Assembly: GCA_018398765.1 (NCBI GenBank)
Contig: JAHBMJ010000179.1
Span: 114,648-134,647, forward strand
Reading direction: 5' to 3'
DNA: 20,000 bases
DNA from: Chromera velia
Lineage: Eukaryota
Shown: piece after piece, positions 1-7,461 of the stretch
Layout: every line of letters starts with the position of its first letter
Position numbering within the stretch: the first letter of the stretch is position 1
Position numbers and translations under genes: made by a program
Notes under the pieces: generated by a model
The model's database searches: none
Seen by the model: the letters and a program-made list of their open reading frames with translations, nothing else
What the model was told of the DNA's origin: nothing

Positions 1-21
1 TGCGTGTTTGCACACTCGCAG

Positions 22-654
22 AACGGACAGAGGGACAGGGACAGAGACCGCGGAGAAAGAGGAGAGAAGGACCAACCCGAGAAGGAGAGGGGGCAGTTTG
101 GTCTCCACGCTGCTGTGGAGAGGGAGAGAGAGAAGATGAGGGAAGAGTACCGAGAGAGGGACACCAGAGGGAACTCAAACACAAACACAACAAAAGGACC
201 CTCCCGTCCTTCCGCAACCAGACTCCAGCCTGTCCCCTTTACCTCTCCGTCTGCAACCAGCAACAGCAACAGAGGCGACAGGTACCAAGAGAAAGAGAGG
301 GAAAGTCAGAGAGACAAGGAAAGAGACCGTGAGGTGATTGGTAATGTGAGGGGAGGGGGGGCTGTGCGTCCCAGAGGAGCCGCCCGTTTCGGGTCCTCTA
401 CCGACCCCGCTTCTTCTCTTTCCGGTGACTCTTCCTTTGTCTCACGCACCCATCTTCAGCCCAGACGCCAGGAGGGTTCCTCATCCCAAGAGAAGAGCGG
501 AGGAGGCAAGCAAACCACAGGGGGGGCAGGGCAGGCAGACACAGAAGCAGCCCACGAGAAGACCTCTTCTTCCGCCACCGGACAGGAGAAGGGGACATCA
601 CGTCGGAGTCCCCCTGTGGATGTGACGGATGCTTCTCAGTTTCCGTCGCTGTGA
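22..654 (+). CDS. Terminal coding exon of a low-complexity Arg/Glu/Ser/Gly-rich protein (5' part outside window); C-terminus PPVDVTDASQFPSL
   Basis: Open frame 4-654. Likely acceptor (cactcgcAG) at 20-21, phase 0; TGA at 652-654. RD/RE dipeptide runs and an RGGG segment. The C-terminal DxxQFPSL resembles the tail of SERBP1/Stm1/HABP4-type RNA-binding proteins; that family call is tentative. Confidence 0.7.
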   Translation, partial: NGQRDRDRDRGERGEKDQPEKERGQFGLHAAVEREREKMREEYRERDTRGNSNTNTTKGPSRPSATRLQPVPFTSPSATSNSNRGDRYQEKERESQRDKERDREVIGNVRGGGAVRPRGAARFGSSTDPASSLSGDSSFVSRTHLQPRRQEGSSSQEKSGGGKQTTGGAGQADTEAAHEKTSSSATGQEKGTSRRSPPVDVTDASQFPSL

Positions 655-3347
655 AGGAAGTGAACAAGGAGACAGAGAGGGAAAAGAGGAGCTCGCTCTG
701 GTTTCCTCTCCCTCTCAGAAAGAAGAAGATGAAGAAATGAAAGATGAAAAAGGAGACATGAACGCGTGTCTCTGCAGAAGTTCATGGATGGGGAAATTTA
801 ATTGGAACGAAGAAAAGGAGAGGAAAGGAATTCAATGCATGCATCGAGTGCATGGTACGTGAAGTTCTTCTGCACCCATCCATCGTCATGAACGAATCGC
901 ACTGTGCGCATCAATGAAGAGCCCATCGCATGATTCTCTTTTTTTTTCTCCGTCTCTTTTTCCTTTCTTTCTGTGTTCCTTTCCGGACGACGGATGAATC
1001 AAACAAAATCAATCGAAGAAGACCTCGAGAGAGCATGGTCAGTACCCGATCAAACAGATTGAATGAGAAAGATTCGATCTGTATGAGAGAGTCCTTGTAG
1101 TACCGTAAGAAGAAAGAAAAAAAGGAGCTGGGTGTATCTTGGGCTGGCTGTCTCTGTCTACGTCCTTTCAGTTTTTTCTCTTCTCTCTCATCGTCGTGAG
1201 AGGGGAGAAAACGAGGGTGAGCGACAAGAAGCCGAGTCGATGGATTGTTCGGCTGCATGGCTCGTGTGTTACTGGCTGAAGTCGACCTCACCACAGGAGG
1301 GAGACAGGATTCCAAATGCACAGCAGAGCCGAACCGAGCAAAATCAATCAGAAGAAAGACCGGCCCACATGCACTCGAGCGAGCAGCTTCTCTTTCCGCA
1401 ACCGAATGCCATCGATTATTTTTATTCATTCATTCATTAACTCATTCATTCATTCACATACGAATTGAAACCTGAACAGTTTGTCCCTCGATAACAGTAG
1501 GATCAAATGAAAAAGGAACACCAACTCCTGCAGGATTACTTGCACGGGGTTTGAAGGGACTTTCTTGTCATCGGGTGAGGGCTTTGGGGGGAAAGAGGCA
1601 GTGCAGGGATCATCGAAACAATGTAGTCGCCAAAGGACCATGCAGAATGAAGTTTTCTTCCAACTTGCTAAAGGGAGCCTTCAGAAGACTTTCCGAAGAA
1701 AGAAAGGAAGAGAAAGGGGAAATCCGCCTGGAAGTGAGATTCGAACAGGAAAAGACGAAAACAGAAAAGAGGACTCACCCAGAGGGGAAAGGGAAAGAAC
1801 GATTGTTTGGGAAGAAGTCTCAAAGCCTGAATTGTAAATGTACACTTGCACACGGTCAGCCATTCGTCTGTCTTTCCGTCTTACAGTCGAGCTTTAGCAG
1901 AAGGACAGAAAGAAATGAACGGGAGCAGAATACGTAGGCACTGTAAGGAAAGGAAAGGCGGAAGGGACACGAAAAGTCGAAATAAACAAGCGGCAGATCA
2001 AAACAAGGGAAGGTTGGGTGCAGTCGTCAATCAGCATGACGTCCCGTCGTTCAGTACACCCAGACGATCCCTCTCACCACAGCAACAAACCCCCTTTGCT
2101 CATTTTCTTTCCTTCTTTCTTGTCCCCTGTTGCCGCTTCTTTTCGATCTTCAGGTACATGCGTGTAGCGTTTATCTGGCTGAAAGCAGGAGAAAGATACT
2201 TTGAATTCGTGAAGAAAGAGACGAAGCGTCAAACTTACAAACATTGTCTGTGCGACAGAGGCATCTACTGTCTCTCTCAGGACAGGAAAAGGGCAAGGGG
2301 CAGGGGGGGGATGGGATACGATCCAGTCTGTTTGCCTGCAAAGAGGAGCAAATGGTAATAAAAGTGATGAAGTGGAAGAGTGATGGTCAAAGAGAAGAAA
2401 CAAAAACAGAACAGGAAGCCCTCCTCTCCAAACTCGCAGGCGAGCAGGCGTCTGAAGAAAGAAAAGCAGGACAACGTCGGTCGGTCTTTTTGAACAAGCA
2501 AACGCAGAGAAAGATTGTACTGAAAATGTGTATCCAAAGGCTTTTTTCTTTCTTTCTTTCCTTTCTCTCTCTCTTCCCTCTCTCTGCTCCTCACTCATCT
2601 TTGCTGCCTCGATCTTCCTTCCGTCTATCCCTTTGGAACCCCCCCCCTCGACAGTTCCTCCCTCCCTCCCTCCGTCTCTGACTCTTTCGAAAACCCTCCA
2701 TCTCGTCTCCCTCGCTTCCCTCCCTCCCCGTCTCTTACCGAATGAGTGCCAGCAAGCCAGCAAGCCAGTTTGTTCTCCTGTCGGAGGACTGATTTGATCA
2801 AAACGGAGGTGCAAGAAAGGAAAGGAAACAGGACTGACACTGACTGCCTCTTTCCTTCGAAACCACGGCCTCCACACAGCACCAGCACCACATCTACCAC
2901 CTGACTTCGAGCACTGATCTCGTTCCTTAGCTGTTTAAGGGAAGAAAACAACAACATAAGAAAGAAAAAGCTGATGAAACCAACACAAGATCAAGTGAAG
3001 AACGAAAAACATCTTTGTACTTCTCTCTCAAACATGCGCCACGTCCCTCCTTTGCACACGGGAACTCTGCTCTTCTCTCATTCATTCGGTGTGTCAGTCG
3101 ACTGTTCGATCTCTCGGAAAGTTTGACTGTCCAACAGACCTGTTCGAACCTGACGGGGGGACCAGAGGGAGCCAGAAGAAAAAGAAGAAAAAAGGAGCGG
3201 AAGCTGGAAGAAAGACAACCTCGCTGCAACCCTGCAATGCCGTTCATTCCTGACACGTGAAATCGAATCGGTTTATCTCATATGGAGAAGCTCTGCATCT
3301 CCTCTGCATGTCTGTGCACGTGTGGGTGCAGGGTGCGTGAATTTGTC

Positions 3348-3350
<3 letters not shown>

Positions 3351-3384
<34 letters not shown>
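3351..3384. repeat. (GA)n microsatellite
   Basis: Uninterrupted GA dinucleotide run. Confidence 0.95.
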
Positions 3385-3386
<2 letters not shown>

Positions 3387-4516
3387 CCGCTTCTCTCTGA
3401 GGTAGAAGTCCTGGAGATCCAATTAAGAATCTTACCGACTCCCTATTTAACGAATCAAACCAACCCCTTTCAAAATGTAAGCAGACAAAGAGACAGACGC
3501 AATCACAGGCGAATGAAAATCATCGCTGCAGGCAAACGGAGCATGGCAGTTTTCTTGCAACCAGATAGGAACACAATGGAAGGAGATGCGTGCGCGTATG
3601 TATGGGTATGGGTAGACAGGGCCCGACATTGTCCTCCGGGAAGATGAAGGAAGATGCACCAGTCAACTTAATTCCCTTCGTACAGTCACGATGGATTCTT
3701 CCTTTGCTCCCTTTCTCTGATAGCTCGAATCTTTGCTTGCATTCCTACATGCCCAGCAGCCCAGCGGGATGTTCCCTTTCCACGTGGGAGGGAATGAATA
3801 AGAAAATGAAGATCAAAAGGAACTTTGAATGATGGAAGAGAAAATCGAAGCTTCAAGCTCGGACCAAGAACAGGTTTGTCGTTCGACATTCTTGCCATCG
3901 ATTCTCAAGTGACTCAATTCGTCCATCTTTTCAAGCACATCATGCAGTCAAGAGTCATTCGCTTCGATCGATTATAAATAAAACGAAAACAGCCCTCTGA
4001 CAAACTGTATGATTAAAATTTACAAATGATTTTTCTGTTTATATGCTGAAACACTTAAATCAATCTAGGAATCAATTGACCGTTATCCAAGTCGCCACTA
4101 GAGTCGCTATTATTTCAAATTTATATATCATCATCATATATAATGATATAACTTGAATATAGAAGTTGAAAGATAAACTATATAATATTCTTTCCTAGAT
4201 ACTTTCAAACTGTAAGGAGTCTGAGAATGAACTTGAAACGTGTTATAATACCCCTTAAGCTAGCTCCTATTATATTAAAGGTTTTCAAGCAAATTTCATC
4301 ATAAATATCATCAGCATCATGTCATCATGATACGCCATCGATCGCTATCGGCATATATATAGCCACTGGCCTAATTTTATAAGTTTTTAGCGCTTAAGTC
4401 GGTTTGACGGCAATATATGAAGCAGTTTCGTTTCTATAACAGTGTTTCAATTATCTATAGCATAATTATTAGCATTTTATTCAAATTACTCTGAATAATC
4501 TCTAACAACAGGTAAT

Positions 4517-4523
<7 letters not shown>

Positions 4524-4551
<28 letters not shown>
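4524..4551. repeat. (TA)n microsatellite
   Basis: Uninterrupted TA run inside the left AT-rich block. Confidence 0.95.
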
Positions 4552-4557
<6 letters not shown>

Positions 4558-5058
4558 TATATATATTTACTAGTATATTTAGGGTCAATTTTAAGTACAT
4601 AGATCTAGAGGTTGATTCAGTTACTAGTTCAGTCATCATTATTAATCTCCATTACTTGTAGTGGTAGTATGAGCCTGAGCTAGCTATAGCTAGAGCTGTA
4701 GTGGCTAGTATAGTCTGTATAATAATTAATCATGCAACGCATTCAGTAGCGCACTCATGATTTCATATATGAAGCAGTATGCATCCCTAGATGCATTCCT
4801 AAAGCGATACCCTCTTCTTCACTTCTTCAAGTTCAAGTTATTATATGCAATTGCAAAGTTCGTCAGTAAAACAAGCGATTTTGACCCAGACAATGCATAT
4901 ACGAAAAAAAGACTTCCAAATAGTTTTGAGCACAATTTTGAAACGACCTGGCTGTGCCGCGTCCTATATGTAAGGTCACGATTGCAAGCCACATGCATCC
5001 AGTCGAGCACCGTAGCATGGAAAGTATGTATACACAGAAGAACATGACTTCAGGGGAA

Positions 5059-6821
5059 TCAAGCACCGGTACACCATTGGGCAGGGGGCTGCGAAGTATA
5101 CCTCCTTGCTTTGTACAATCGTCTGGCCGCTGCTTCCATTCCACTCACGTCCATGCGTCCGTCTTCTGTCTCCTTTTCAATGCGGTCCCAGTCTTTTCCT
5201 TGCACCTGGTCGTACACCTCCTTCAGCTGTTGGACTGAAGGAGTGATCCATCGGAAGTCTGCAGGAGAGACCTCAAAGCCCTGGAGCTTCCGTGCATTCA
5301 TCTGGTCTCTCAACTGTGGATTGCTGAGATCTTCAAAGCCTCTGGGAATAAAGGGCTTGGTAAAGAAATCCAGGGCCCCGCGCTGGATCTTCGCAGTCAG
5401 GGAGGGAAACGCAACGACCTTCAACTGCTTCTTTGCAAGACCTGTCGCGGCTTCCATGGCGGCCATGTGCAGGTCGATTGAGTGTTGGGACTTGACGTAT
5501 CTGATCTGGTCGAGAGTGTAGTTGGCAGCGTGGGCAGACATCGTGTTCAGTGGTCCTGCAACGACATCAACGAACCTGGTGCCAAAAAGGAGCTGTTGCA
5601 CACTGTCCGCCATTTGAGGTACTACGCCTCCGAGACTTGCCTCACAACTCTTCAACAGTGCCGCCATGGCCTTCACGGCTTCCGCCGCTTGAGCGGCTGC
5701 TGGTGCAGAACTGAAGCACCTCGCCATGTACTGCCCCGGAGAAGACCAAAAAGAGCATGACACTGCAGCCTCCTGAGCAGCCTGGTTAGAGAGCTGCTCC
5801 GAGAGCTTCACACACACGACTCTCAGGCCACTGATAGCAAAGCGCGCAGTATTGACCCACGTGACTGCAACACCCGCGTTGTGGAGCGTCCACTTGACAA
5901 CGTGTCCCACAGTGACAGGTGCGTTGACGTTGATGTCAACAAGGTAGCACCTTCTAGAGATTTTCCTGTGAAAAAGACAGTTGATCACGTTTGGAAGCCC
6001 GAAGTACTGCACCACACGGTTGTCGACTAAATCTCGATAAGCGTGAAGACAACTTTCGATCTCTGAACTGAGAGGGAACCCCGGGGACTCCCAAGAAGTC
6101 ACATTCCAGAGTTGGCCCTCAAGTTCTGCAGCTCTGGGGGACACACGGCTCTTTTCGTACAGATCCAGACAGAAAGCGTTCTCCACAGTAGCAGCACCAA
6201 GAGAATGTCCTGTGAGATACCAGGAGAAATCAGGCCAGTGCCGTTCGCAAAACGCCATCGTGTCCTTCACTGCTTGAACGTATCCAGGGAAGAAACGTTG
6301 GTAGTCGTTCCGAATCCTGCATACAGACAGGGACAGGTCAGCCATCCACCAGCTTGCTGGATTGAAGATACATGTACACATTTTCCCTCGGCAAATTGTG
6401 TGTTCAAACAGCTTTTCGAAAGAGAGGATCAGTCTGCTCACCTTGCTCGAAGGAGCCTCCAGTCCTCAACAAGATCTCCCAGCTTGTCTGCGTCAGTTCC
6501 CCGAACGGCCATAACCAACACTCGTTTCTTCTTGTTCAAGTAAACGTCAATACAGAATGCTTGGACGCCATCCTCAGAGGCAGATGAGGCGATGCGTTTT
6601 TGCAAGTAGAACCCTTTTGGCATTGGTTTACTGCAGATGGGATGGTAGGTCAGTGCAGCAAGCTGGCATTGAACGAAAGGCGAAACGCGACAGCTGGGTG
6701 ATGTATCAGCGGCGCGGCAGAGAGATCGTAGCAGGTCTTCAAAGGCAGGGGAGCTCAACAAAGTCGCAAATAGCACCAGCAACCCTGTTGACATGAAAAG
6801 CAGAGTGAAAAGGAGAAACAT
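5059..6821 (-). CDS. Class 3 lipase-like alpha/beta-hydrolase with N-terminal signal peptide/anchor; complement(join(5059..6316,6442..6821)), 545 aa
   Basis: Exon 1: hydrophobic N-terminus MFLLFTLLFMSTGLLVLFATLLSS, then LAALTY and VMAVRGTD..DLVEDW (lipase_3 oxyanion strand and lid). Exon 2: nucleophile elbow LTGHSLG (6196-6210), WESPG (ESPG at 6079-6090), PNVIN (5980-5994), candidate catalytic His in QHSID (HSID at 5473-5484). A phase-2 intron joins the two ORF-track ORFs in frame (LLRAR|IRNDYQ). Confidence 0.85.
6317..6441 (-). other. Spliceosomal intron (125 nt) of the lipase gene
   Basis: Minus strand AG|GTGAGC donor, CTGAC branch-like motif, TGTATGCAG acceptor. The phase matches on both sides. 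Confidence 0.85.
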
Positions 6822-6990
6822 GCTTCCAAAGGTCAAGTTTCCCTGAAACAAAAGTCAAACCTTTACCTTTACCTATTCTATATTACCAATCAATACAGGG
6901 AGAAGAAGTAGGAGCTCCTGAATGCTCGTGATTGAACGGTTCTGCTGGGATGATGCCAAATCGCGCGGCCCTCAATTAATCATCCATCCG

Positions 6991-7243
6991 TGCAACTGCA
7001 ACACATGCAAGTGAACCCAACCCCATGCATGCGTGAATAAAGAAGGGAGGTTGACGCACGCAGGTTGCGATCCTGCGTGCGAGCAGTAAAAAAAAGCGAA
7101 ATTATTTGGATAGACCCCCGAGAGACCTTTTCACGTAAGTGCCCCACATAATACATTTGCCTTTCCGGGGTAAAGTGGGTGCAGCAAAATGCGCTTACAT
7201 GCGCACCGCGCGTTGCAAATGCAACACCTAAAACCCAACCCCA
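6991..7243. promoter_or_regulatory. Putative bidirectional promoter elements between the lipase and GTPase genes
   Basis: Duplicated module TGCAA(C/A)TGCAACAC...AACCCAACCCCA at 6991-7025 and 7214-7243. Perfect 10-bp inverted repeat at 7055-7081. TGCATGCG at 7026-7033. The regulatory role is inferred from position only. Confidence 0.45.
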
Positions 7244-7461
7244 CGCTATAATTTCCTGTGGCTACATATATATATACATCGATCTGTAAGCAGAGCTCTC
7301 TCGAAGACGCTGTGGCTTTTGAAGATGCTCAGTGTGGCTTCATTGATTCACCTTTCGTCGGACAAAGACTCTTCTATATCGACGCCTCCTTTTTCTCTTC
7401 TACTTTGGTAAGCATATACAATCACCTGTGAGATTGCGCATATACATCTTCAAAAGTCACG

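Noticed and set aside
655..3960. Many 60-270 aa ORFs on both strands
   Set aside because: Low-complexity translations of purine/pyrimidine tracts with no domain motifs and no consistent exon chain found. Probably UTR/intergenic, although small exons cannot be excluded.
4757..5047. 96-aa plus-strand ORF converging on the lipase 3' end
   Set aside because: No recognisable motif, and it lies at the edge of the AT-rich block. Not supportable without expression data.
5059..6441. 460-aa ORF as a standalone gene starting at 6441
   Set aside because: Its GTG 'start' is the intron donor and the first ~41 codons are intronic. The RGT motif lies in the upstream exon.
7055..7095. Hairpin plus A-tract as a rho-independent terminator
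   Set aside because: Eukaryotic context, and the T-run would lie 5' of the stem on the minus strand, which is the wrong geometry.
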